Positions 26,990 through 34,383 of a stretch of DNA of 34,383 nt are shown in pieces. This DNA is from a virus. Its lineage: Duplodnaviria > Caudoviricetes. A program made the translations under genes and the position numbers. The notes beneath the pieces were generated by a model that ran no database searches, was not told where the DNA came from, and was given only the letters and a program-made list of their open reading frames with translations. Position 1 is the first letter of the stretch; each line of letters opens with the position of its first letter. Where the stretch lies: positions 1 through 34,383 of IMG/VR virus record IMGVR_UViG_3300005077_000065. One strand, 5' to 3'.

Positions 26990-28389
26990 GTGTCGGCAAA
27001 CTCCATATAAAACTGCCCTTGCTCTTCCCAGACTGCATAAACAAGGCTGTCTGCAAAGTCTGGGCTTAGCCTTTCCCAGTCACTTATTTTTATCTTTGCA
27101 TTGCTTGTCAGTTCCCATTTCATTTTGCTTAGGTCACTGAAGAGTTTATTTATGCAATCTTTCTTGTCAGTTGTTATGCTTATCTTGTTTGTTTCAAACA
27201 TTTTTTTAAGTCTGAAAAACTGTTCGGCTTTTTTGTTCTGGTAATTAAAGGCCCTTTGCTTCTTGCCATAATCCTTCCTACGGCCAATAAAATCTGTTTG
27301 GGTATATTCCTTGCTCGGAGATTGCCCAAAATGCGCAGCAAATACAGGAAACTCATCTTCATAAAGCCGGTCATAAACACCGCTGCCAAGCCCTATAACA
27401 TCAATATTAATTTTATCAAAGTCTATCAATGCATGGAGTTCTTTTATCTTGCCCACTGTTTGCATCGTGTCTTTCTTTTCTGTGAACCATATATCTTTAA
27501 TTTCAACATTATGGCCATCGTCAATCTCAACATAGGTAAACACGGTTTTATCGCTGCCAAACCGTGCAACATCTACGCCTAATACTCTTCGCCCAGTGAC
27601 CTGTTTATCATTTTCCCTTGCTGCCTGCAATTCTTCAAGTGTGAATAAACTATCTTCATCTTCATCCGGAAACTCTGCGCAGTACCATACTTTAAACTCA
27701 ATCTCCGTCAGTTCGGCCCTTATATACTGCACTTCCTTTTCATTCATTATGCCTTCTTCAACGGCTTTTGTATAAGGCACTTGATAAATCTTAAAAGCGC
27801 CGGACTGGAAACTTTCCTTGAAATGGTTGGCCTTGTGCGGCGTGCCAAGTTCAATTAGTATGGCCTGCCGTTCTGCGCTGGCAAGCATCCTCAATATTTT
27901 TGTCTTATATATGTCATCTTCTACTTCTTCGCTTTCATCAATTATAATCACTGTGCCGCCAAACCCAAGCACCTGCGCTCCTTTTCTTGCACCGCCAACT
28001 GAAAGGCAGTGTATCTTTGAACCGTTCTTAAAATTGATTTCTTGGTTGCTAAACTCATTACGCATGTCAATCTGTAAATGCACTTCTTCTGAATCAAAGC
28101 AATGATTTCTTATTTTTTTAAACACAATTTGGCTCTGGTTCCATGTTGGGCTTATTACTTGTATCTGTTCACCATCATATAATAAAGCAAGAAGTATTGC
28201 AGCAATACTTGTGATTTCACTTTTGCCGGCCCTTGTGCTTGCAACAAACAAATATTTATCGTGCTTCTTTAAGATTATATCTCTTATAAATTCCTGCTGG
28301 TAACTGGTGCAGATAAAAGGTTTATTTGCAACTGTTAGAAACAGCTTTTTTATCAATATTCTTGGGTTTTCTAATATAGTTCTTAACAA
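26986..28389 (-). CDS. terL: Terminase large subunit
   Basis: Walker A STRAGKS, Walker B IIIDE, LGTP, nuclease LGVDVARFGSDKT and SPDFADSL. Confidence 0.95.
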   Translation of the reverse strand: MLRTILENPRILIKKLFLTVANKPFICTSYQQEFIRDIILKKHDKYLFVASTRAGKSEITSIAAILLALLYDGEQIQVISPTWNQSQIVFKKIRNHCFDSEEVHLQIDMRNEFSNQEINFKNGSKIHCLSVGGARKGAQVLGFGGTVIIIDESEEVEDDIYKTKILRMLASAERQAILIELGTPHKANHFKESFQSGAFKIYQVPYTKAVEEGIMNEKEVQYIRAELTEIEFKVWYCAEFPDEDEDSLFTLEELQAARENDKQVTGRRVLGVDVARFGSDKTVFTYVEIDDGHNVEIKDIWFTEKKDTMQTVGKIKELHALIDFDKINIDVIGLGSGVYDRLYEDEFPVFAAHFGQSPSKEYTQTDFIGRRKDYGKKQRAFNYQNKKAEQFFRLKKMFETNKISITTDKKDCINKLFSDLSKMKWELTSNAKIKISDWERLSPDFADSLVYAVWEEQGQFYMEFADT

Positions 28390-28445
28390 TTTAGGCCTCT
28401 TTCTTTAATTCTATATATTGTTATTAAAAATTTTGACCTTTTTCT

Positions 28446-28892
28446 TTAATTCTTTGTATCATTATTAACAATTTCAATCTCTTTCTTTAATTCTGACCAT
28501 AAATTGACCTTTATTTCCGTATCTGGCTGTGAATCAATTATCTTTAACTTACTCAAAATGTCTATTCGCATTTTATCGCTTTCTTCAAGCTTCTTTAATA
28601 TGCCCAATACTATGTGCTGCTGTTTGTTTATCTTGTCCCTTTTTTGTAAATCTGCCAGCATTCCAAGCGCCACATTCTGCCGTAACTTTGCGTTCTGTAT
28701 TATCTCATGCGCAATATTTTTGCTGTTCACTGTTTTTAAGTCTTCAGATACAATGTAATCTATGTCATTATATACTTGGCTTTTCTTTAGATTGTACTTT
28801 TCCATCAACTGCTCATGTGTAAGTTTATGGATATCATTACGCATTGCAGCCATTCTTGCTAACCGTTTACTGGATATTCCGAACCCCATCAT
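28446..28892 (-). CDS. terS: Probable terminase small subunit
   Basis: N-terminal HTH (THEQLMEKYNLKKSQVYNDI) directly upstream of terL. Confidence 0.65.
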   Translation of the reverse strand: MMGFGISSKRLARMAAMRNDIHKLTHEQLMEKYNLKKSQVYNDIDYIVSEDLKTVNSKNIAHEIIQNAKLRQNVALGMLADLQKRDKINKQQHIVLGILKKLEESDKMRIDILSKLKIIDSQPDTEIKVNLWSELKKEIEIVNNDTKN

Positions 28893-30337
28893 TCCTCCAA
28901 GGTTTCCGAATCGCCTGTAATAGTCCAGAATGGCGTATTCTTTGGTTTTCTGCGTTTTAAACCAACATATTTGTAGAATACTTGGTTGTTTTCAATCTTT
29001 GCTGGTACTACTGCACCTTGGAAATAATTAAGCGGGCTTCTTTCTTTTTCAACCTCGTTCCATACTTCTTCCAACTTATCTCTCCAAGTAACATGCCTAT
29101 GAATGTATGCTGCTTGCGGGCCTGCTCCGGGATTGACTAAGTTATGCACCAAACTTACATCAGCCCATTCTGGAATAACATCATCTGGCCCTATTAGCTT
29201 ACCGGTATTTTTTGCTTGTAATAGCGCTTCGGTTGCGTTCTTTCTTTGCCAGTTGCCAAACACTGGGTCATCTGGACTTATTGCGCAGCAACAGCCAAAG
29301 TCAGTTAATTGTTTCCAACAGGGGTCACTTACACCTATGTTCATGCCTCTTTTCTTTGCGTGTTTGTGTATTGCGTGCATAATTTGCTCTGTCCATGTAT
29401 GGGCCGGCCTTGTGCATGCCTGTACCTTTCCAAAGCTTTTGTATATCTTGCTAAGAGGTTTACAGCTGATTCTTTCTATTTCCTTCCACTTTCTTTTAAT
29501 GTCTTTGGTCATCATCCCGGGTAGGAAGGCCACTTCATAACTTAGGTTGCGGCAACCTGCGTCTGCTGCCATGTCAAGTAAATCTCTCCATGCGTATGGA
29601 TGCTTTACCGTTGCGTCACTTATGCCGGGTATTATTGGCCTAAATCTTAAACAGGTTGTAACGCCTATATCTTCAAGGTTCTTCATACATTGTATTCTTT
29701 CGCTTGTTGGTGGTGCTCTTTTATCAATTTGCATTAATACATCATCATCAGCGCTTATGATGCTAAAATGTACCCTAAACAAATGTGGTTTATCTCTTAC
29801 TGCATCTAAGTACTCTTTTTCTAAGAATAAGTTGCCTTTTGTGCTGATTCTCACCGGTTGGTTGTACTTTTTAACCAATTCTGCAAACTTTAAGAACCAG
29901 CCTTGTTGTCTTTCTATATTATCAAGCGGGTCTGTTAATGCACCAAGCTGTATAGGTGCTGGGTAACCATTTTTATTCCTTGCGTTGTACCTTAATGCTT
30001 TTCTAAAGATTTCGTTTGTTTTGCCTTCTTTACCGCTGAATATGCTTTCCAAGCTGTTTATATTTAACTGGCCAATCTCTCTATCGTGTTGTTCCCTTTT
30101 TTGCACAAGGTTTGGGGCAAAACAATAAAGGCAACCGAAAGAACAAACTGAATGGCTATCTATGCTTACTGGCAGCGCACAATCAAAGCCATCGCTTGTG
30201 AATCTTATACCGTTATAGTTCCTTAGCTGCTTTTTCGCTGGTTTGCATGCTGTTGCTGTGCCGCATGTTGCTTTATGGTTCATACACTCTTTGCATGTGG
30301 CAACAGTTTTGCATCTTAGTTCATTTTCTTTTAGCAT
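28889..30337 (-). CDS. Radical SAM protein (spore photoproduct lyase-like)
   Basis: CSFGCLYCFA (CxxxCxxC), GALTDP, ISTKG, APPTSERI, RFRPIIPG. Confidence 0.85.
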   Translation of the reverse strand: MLKENELRCKTVATCKECMNHKATCGTATACKPAKKQLRNYNGIRFTSDGFDCALPVSIDSHSVCSFGCLYCFAPNLVQKREQHDREIGQLNINSLESIFSGKEGKTNEIFRKALRYNARNKNGYPAPIQLGALTDPLDNIERQQGWFLKFAELVKKYNQPVRISTKGNLFLEKEYLDAVRDKPHLFRVHFSIISADDDVLMQIDKRAPPTSERIQCMKNLEDIGVTTCLRFRPIIPGISDATVKHPYAWRDLLDMAADAGCRNLSYEVAFLPGMMTKDIKRKWKEIERISCKPLSKIYKSFGKVQACTRPAHTWTEQIMHAIHKHAKKRGMNIGVSDPCWKQLTDFGCCCAISPDDPVFGNWQRKNATEALLQAKNTGKLIGPDDVIPEWADVSLVHNLVNPGAGPQAAYIHRHVTWRDKLEEVWNEVEKERSPLNYFQGAVVPAKIENNQVFYKYVGLKRRKPKNTPFWTITGDSETLEE

Positions 30338-30956
30338 TTTCCATTATAAGGTTGTAAAAGAAAGTGGGGTCAAGTTCATGCGTGCTTTTGCCTTTGAATT
30401 TATCTTCTAATACTTTGCAAAGCTGTTCAAACTTTTTATCTTCTTGGTAATATTCGATATAAAACCAGTTCTGGTTCTTTGTACTCATGCCTTTTGTGTT
30501 ACTGTATTCATCTACTATGTTATCAAATGTGCCCCTTTTGTAAGCGTTGTCTATGAATAAGATTAGTTCATTGAGTTCGTCTTGGTTGTACCCGCTTAGA
30601 TTAACCAGTTCAACATCTATATCTTGCAATTCTGTTAATACTTCATGCAACTTTTGTTCATCCCACTGGCCGCTTATCTTATTTAATGCTATGTTTAAAC
30701 TTTTTTCTTTTTCAAGCGGCATGTCTACTTCAACTACCGGTACTTCTTCAATCTTGAGCGCTTTTAATGCTTTCAACCTTTGGTTCCCGCCTACGGTGTT
30801 CCCTGTTTGCTTGTTGTAAATAATAGGTTCTACATAACCAAATTTATTTATACTGTTCTTTAGCTTATTTAATTCCGCATCAGAAATAGTCCTTGGATTG
30901 TACGGCGCTTCTTTTAATTGACTTACTTTAATCTTTTTTATTTCTATGTTAATCAC
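30321..30956 (-). CDS. ParB/Sulfiredoxin N-terminal domain protein
   Basis: YNPRTIS..LKNSINKFGYVEPII..GGNQRL..NIALNKISG.WD. Confidence 0.9.
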   Translation of the reverse strand: MINIEIKKIKVSQLKEAPYNPRTISDAELNKLKNSINKFGYVEPIIYNKQTGNTVGGNQRLKALKALKIEEVPVVEVDMPLEKEKSLNIALNKISGQWDEQKLHEVLTELQDIDVELVNLSGYNQDELNELILFIDNAYKRGTFDNIVDEYSNTKGMSTKNQNWFYIEYYQEDKKFEQLCKVLEDKFKGKSTHELDPTFFYNLIMENAKRK

Positions 30957-30988
30957 CCCCCTTTGATAATCAATAACTATACTACTAT

Positions 30989-31348
30989 TTAAATTTTTTC
31001 TTCTATTAACTGTACTTTGCCATAATCATCATAAGCCCTTAGAAATTTTATATCAAGGTGTTTTGGGTAAACATCCAGCTTTTTCTTTGCCATTTCTTTG
31101 CTTTCTGTTACCAGTATCTCTATTATTTGGCCTTTACTTAGGTTTATTATGTCTGCCCGGCCACCGTTGTTGAATATTGCCTCTGTTATAAAGTTCTCTT
31201 TGTTTGCAATCAATTGCCGGCATACTTTTGCTTTTGCATGCCTGTGCAGTAAGCCTTCACTTGTAGAAAATCTTATCTGATTTATCTTTCGGTTAGATTG
31301 CCTAATATGCGTTAAACAATCATTTTCAATATATTTATTTATATCCAT
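30989..31348 (-). CDS. Putative PD-(D/E)XK-like nuclease
   Basis: E..LH..AK, TEAIFNNGGRADI..IIEIL. Confidence 0.5.
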   Translation of the reverse strand: MDINKYIENDCLTHIRQSNRKINQIRFSTSEGLLHRHAKAKVCRQLIANKENFITEAIFNNGGRADIINLSKGQIIEILVTESKEMAKKKLDVYPKHLDIKFLRAYDDYGKVQLIEEKI

Positions 31349-32039
31349 GCTTAGTTAGTGTGTTTGCATTTAAGCTTTCTACATAATTATCAAGGTTAAT
31401 TTCCATTAGCTGTTTGGTCTTTTGGTTTATATAATCATCATAATCAAGCCCTGTTGTGTTATTAAACAGCGTTTTAAGTTCTTGCAGCGCTTTTTCTTTT
31501 AAGTCATGTATCTCTTTCTTGTGGTATATTGAGTCTGTTACGCACACCTTTAAAGTTACTCTATTCTGGTCAATTATGTCCGTTATCTTTTGGTCTATAT
31601 AAGATATTAAGGATTCGTTGATTTCCCAATATTCAATCGTAAAATACACATCTGACAAACCTGCCGGCATTACATCGGGCCGTTTTATGTCTTGCTTTTT
31701 TTCCATGAACCTGTACCAAGGCAGTTCATTGAACATATTTATAAGCTTGTTTGTGTGGTACAATGGGTCATCTGGGTAAATTTCTACATTGGGCTTTCTT
31801 TTTTTGCGTATGCCAACATAAAAATATTCTGTCCCCCTATAACACCTGCCTTTATAGACATATTCATTAAACAACTTTATCCAATCGTTTTTAAGAACCC
31901 TGTCCTTGAACCTTTTATAAGGTGGAAATGGGTCAGACATTGCTAATAATTTATTATAATGCGTAATAACTTCTGTCACATACTTAATCTTGCCGCTTTT
32001 AAGTTGTGGCGTTGCTACCAGTTGGTTAGTTTGCATCAT
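31335..32039 (-). CDS. Hypothetical protein (234 aa)
   Basis: Long ORF, ATGA overlap. Confidence 0.7.
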   Translation of the reverse strand: MMQTNQLVATPQLKSGKIKYVTEVITHYNKLLAMSDPFPPYKRFKDRVLKNDWIKLFNEYVYKGRCYRGTEYFYVGIRKKRKPNVEIYPDDPLYHTNKLINMFNELPWYRFMEKKQDIKRPDVMPAGLSDVYFTIEYWEINESLISYIDQKITDIIDQNRVTLKVCVTDSIYHKKEIHDLKEKALQELKTLFNNTTGLDYDDYINQKTKQLMEINLDNYVESLNANTLTKHGYK

Positions 32040-32182
32040 ACATCAATCGCTATGGCGCTGAAATCTACCGGGGTATATTGCCGGCAGAAAGCTTCAGTAT
32101 TTGTTGCTTTGGCCCTTTTACATTCAACCGGTGGATTCACGCTTATGTTATAAACACATTTTCTGCATTTTTTTGCTGTCAT
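32036..32182 (-). CDS. Small Cys-rich protein (48 aa, MTAKKCRKC...)
   Basis: GAGGT RBS before ATG 32182; four Cys. Confidence 0.55.
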   Translation of the reverse strand: MTAKKCRKCVYNISVNPPVECKRAKATNTEAFCRQYTPVDFSAIAIDV

Positions 32183-32327
32183 TCTCAACCTCGTTTTATA
32201 AGATTGCAAGGGGTAAATATGAAAACCCCCCTGCAATTTCTTTATTCTTCTTGACTTTTTGGGGAAAAGCCGTTTAAATAAATGGGTGCAATCATATATA
32301 TATTTTTTGAATTAATGTTTGCGTCAC

Positions 32328-32483
32328 TTATTCCAAATGCATTGCTGCAATTATGAGTACCCCTGCCGCAAAGCCCAAAATAACCGACTCTATCTGGTTC
32401 TTTCTTTCCATTTCAACGCCTGCACCCATCAATAGGATGCAACCGAGGCTTAATAAGGCGATATTTTTCAAGGTTAAAATCAT
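32328..32483 (-). CDS. Small two-TM membrane protein (51 aa, MILTLKNIALL...)
   Basis: GAGG RBS; two hydrophobic segments; below ORF-track cutoff. Confidence 0.55.
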   Translation of the reverse strand: MILTLKNIALLSLGCILLMGAGVEMERKNQIESVILGFAAGVLIIAAMHLE

Positions 32484-32554
32484 ATTCCCTCTTTTATTTT
32501 GAGCCAAAATAGACCCCTTTGTGGCCCTTTAGTGCGAATTATTGCGGGTATTGG

Positions 32555-32606
32555 GTAAGTAGGGGCAAGGGAGAGTGAGGTAACCCCTGCCCCTTCTCAT
32601 ACTTAC
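32555..32606 (-). other. Intergenic hairpin, loop UUACCUCACUCU
   Basis: GTAAGT/ACTTAC outer stem and 11-bp inner stem with G-U on the minus strand. Confidence 0.55.
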
Positions 32607-32628
32607 ATTTTGGGAGGTAAGTTGAGCA

Positions 32629-33330
32629 TTAGTTTGCCACTCTGCATAAACTGGCCGAGCAAATCCGGTTGTATTTGGGCACTGGCACTTCATGGCCAAC
32701 TGCTGCTGCTTTTATCTTTGCCGCTTCAATTGCAATGTCCCTTTCGCCGGCCCCTTTGCCAAGGTAACATTTAGCTTCCAGTTCGTATAAATCATTTTTT
32801 GTTGCAAACACTTCAAGCAACCAGTCAAGGAAGCTGCCTTTCCAGTCATAGAAAAACCAGATGTCGCCAGTGATATATTTGCCTAAGTCTTGCCTGCTGA
32901 ACTTGCCATTATTTTCAAGGTTGCCAATTCGACCATCGTTGCCGGTGCTTCTGTTATCAACAATATTTAACCATTTTGCTAATTCGCCTTGGTTGTCCCA
33001 AAGGCCGTTTATGTTTCTTTGCTGCACTTGATTCCATCTGCCAAGTCTGGCCAAATCTTCTTGTACCCGGCTTATCTCTGTAATATAATCGTCATAAAAC
33101 TCGTTTATGTAATCTGCCACATCATTAAATTCATCTTGAAGTTCAAAATCTCTGCATAGTTTTGTGTTCCACCAAACGCTGGTGTCGCAGTCCACTGTTA
33201 TTTCAAGTTCTGCGCCTTTTACATGCGGCGCTAATATAACAGATAAAATCAATAATATTGCCAGCGCAATAAGGCTGAAATAAAAAAATTTGCTATATGC
33301 GTATGTTTTTTTATTCATTTTCTTTTTCAT
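32629..33330 (-). CDS. Secreted/membrane-anchored coiled-coil protein
   Basis: Basic N-terminus + hydrophobic signal ending VKGA; coiled coil; terminal Cys pairs. Confidence 0.65.
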   Translation of the reverse strand: MKKKMNKKTYAYSKFFYFSLIALAILLILSVILAPHVKGAELEITVDCDTSVWWNTKLCRDFELQDEFNDVADYINEFYDDYITEISRVQEDLARLGRWNQVQQRNINGLWDNQGELAKWLNIVDNRSTGNDGRIGNLENNGKFSRQDLGKYITGDIWFFYDWKGSFLDWLLEVFATKNDLYELEAKCYLGKGAGERDIAIEAAKIKAAAVGHEVPVPKYNRICSASLCRVAN

Positions 33331-33581
33331 TGTGTACCTCCGAATATTGGTTTGTCCGTGTTATATGGGCAATTAGGATAATCGTTTTTATCATCGGCTC
33401 TGTTTCTGCATATCACAACGCTGCCGTCTTTGAACCGGTGAGTAATCGTATTCAAGCGCTTGTCATATATGCGGCAGCTTGTAAGGTTTTTGCTTATCTG
33501 CACCAGATACTTGCATTTGCGCTTCTTTCCATTTTCATCTATAAAATAACAACACTGGCCGCATCTTTTGCATGTTATCAT
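33327..33581 (-). CDS. YkgJ/CxxCxxCC cysteine-cluster protein
   Basis: CKRCGQCC...CKYL...CRIYDKR. Confidence 0.75.
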   Translation of the reverse strand: MITCKRCGQCCYFIDENGKKRKCKYLVQISKNLTSCRIYDKRLNTITHRFKDGSVVICRNRADDKNDYPNCPYNTDKPIFGGTQ

Positions 33582-33799
33582 TATCCACCATAATATTCTT
33601 TATATTTCTTGCATACTGCATGCGCTTCTTTGAAGTTACTGCTGCAATAAACAACATTTAGATTCAGTCCCGGCGTTTTGCTGCTTTTGGCCTTCTTGGT
33701 TTTGCTGCAATAAAAACACTTAAAAACATATTTGGAATAATCCTTAATCTCTCTTAAACTGTGTCTTCCACATTCGGTGCATCTGATTAAGTTAAACAT
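33581..33799 (-). CDS. Small Zn-ribbon protein
   Basis: CTECG...CFYC. Confidence 0.65.
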   Translation of the reverse strand: MFNLIRCTECGRHSLREIKDYSKYVFKCFYCSKTKKAKSSKTPGLNLNVVYCSSNFKEAHAVCKKYKEYYGG

Positions 33800-33977
33800 T
33801 TTTCCTCTTTTTCAATTCATCCATAAGCCGTATTATGTGGTCATCTTTTTTGGCACACAATTCCACCAGTATATCTCTTATTCTTTTTAGATATAAGGCC
33901 CGCATATTGCCCCAATTGTATTCTTTTCCTGCGATTTCATTTATCTGCTGCATGAGTTCTTTTCTTGTTTCGGTCAT
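33792..33977 (-). CDS. Hypothetical protein (61 aa)
   Basis: ATGA overlap, ORF track. Confidence 0.55.
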   Translation of the reverse strand: MTETRKELMQQINEIAGKEYNWGNMRALYLKRIRDILVELCAKKDDHIIRLMDELKKRKNV

Positions 33978-34288
33978 TTTATCTGCACCCAGAACTTTTT
34001 ATGCAATATTTTTTGTTCATCAAAAGGGGGTATTGTGTTTTTGAAATATACCCCATGCGCAATCCATTCTGATACTTTTGTTTCGTAAACTTTCTGTATG
34101 TCACCGTTCTTGTAATCAATATAAATATATTCCACATTCAAGTTTTCTAAATAGTCCAGCGCTTTTATATTCATGCCAAAACCTTGAAACTTGAAAAAGA
34201 AATGCTTTTTTGCATCTCTAAAAATAACTAAGGTATTATCATCCCGCAGCTTGCCAATCAATTTTTCTTGTAGATATAATTCTTTCAT
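33974..34288 (-). CDS. Hypothetical protein (104 aa)
   Basis: ORF track; its ATGA start is the target tetranucleotide of the adjacent element. Confidence 0.7.
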   Translation of the reverse strand: MKELYLQEKLIGKLRDDNTLVIFRDAKKHFFFKFQGFGMNIKALDYLENLNVEYIYIDYKNGDIQKVYETKVSEWIAHGVYFKNTIPPFDEQKILHKKFWVQIK

Positions 34289-34383
34289 AAAAATGTGTCA
34301 AGGATACTCAAGACTTTAGTCTTGAGAGGAATTGACACTCACCTCTTTCTTGTTGATTACTTTACAAAATAATTGATTTAGTG
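34289..34383 (+). mobile_element. Left end of a second IS200/IS605-type passenger element (runs off window)
   Basis: TCAT 34285-34288; GATA at +15..+18; hairpin CTCAAGACT-TT-AGTCTTGAG; AGGAATT; outer stem GTGTCAA/TTGACAC; minus-strand ORF ending ..EVSVNSSQD* in the loop. Confidence 0.7.

Larger units (their letters stand above)
1..34383 (-). mobile_element. Partial genome of a tailed dsDNA virus (Caudoviricetes, siphovirus-like), probably archaeal host
   Basis: Collinear terS-terL-portal-minor head-protease-MCP-neck-tail tube-chaperone-TMP-tail tip module; single coding strand; GGAGG/AGGTGA RBSs; TATA-like TTTATATA/TTTTAAAA upstream motifs; no cellular housekeeping genes; ORFs run off both ends. 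Confidence 0.93.

Noticed and set aside
31-30870. Other CTAAAG/CTTTAG hexamers (e.g. near 35, 3105, 7531, 25726, 30858)
   Set aside because: No flanking stem, guide tetranucleotide or TCAT spacing; not element ends
32203-32238. Hairpin ATTGCAGGGGG...CCCCTTGCAAT as a member of the CCUCA family or a terminator
   Set aside because: Real stem, but the loop lacks CCUCA and no U-tract follows; function unassignable
484-34044. Numerous plus-strand ORFs in the track
   Set aside because: Antisense shadows of minus-strand genes; Ser/Leu/Phe-rich, no RBS or recognisable motifs
1-34383. CRISPR/TIGR arrays, tRNAs, DGR, integrase, DNA polymerase, tail sheath
   Set aside because: No regularly spaced repeats, cloverleafs, reverse transcriptase, recombinase, polymerase or sheath motifs seen in this window

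Overview
A 34.4-kb stretch of a tailed dsDNA virus (HK97-type head, non-contractile tail, no sheath gene), with essentially every real gene on the minus strand. In transcription order (right to left) it holds small accessory genes, a ParB-domain + radical SAM pair, terS/terL, portal (with a long C-terminal insert), a gpF-like minor head protein, a head-region fibre, prohead protease/scaffold, major capsid protein, neck/tail genes, a -1 frameshifted tail chaperone, tape measure, tail tip/fibres, a putative lysis cassette (transglutaminase-like protease + two membrane proteins), an AT-rich inverted-repeat region and early genes (DUF932, HIRAN). BRE/TATA-like promoters suggest an archaeal host (inference). 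The most striking signal is a pair of transposase-less IS200/IS605-type mini-elements (13404-13734 complete; 34289-end partial). They sit at TCAT (= ATGA on the coding strand), carry a single passenger ORF ending in the terminal hairpin loop, and bring a Shine-Dalgarno that can be bridged to the target ATG, so they look like mobile single-gene cassettes for ATGA stop/start overlaps. One, together with 323 bp of adjacent foreign DNA, has split a small HhH gene. Four intergenic RNA hairpins also share an unpaired CCUCA motif. All family assignments come from motif recognition and gene order by eye; no database searches were run.
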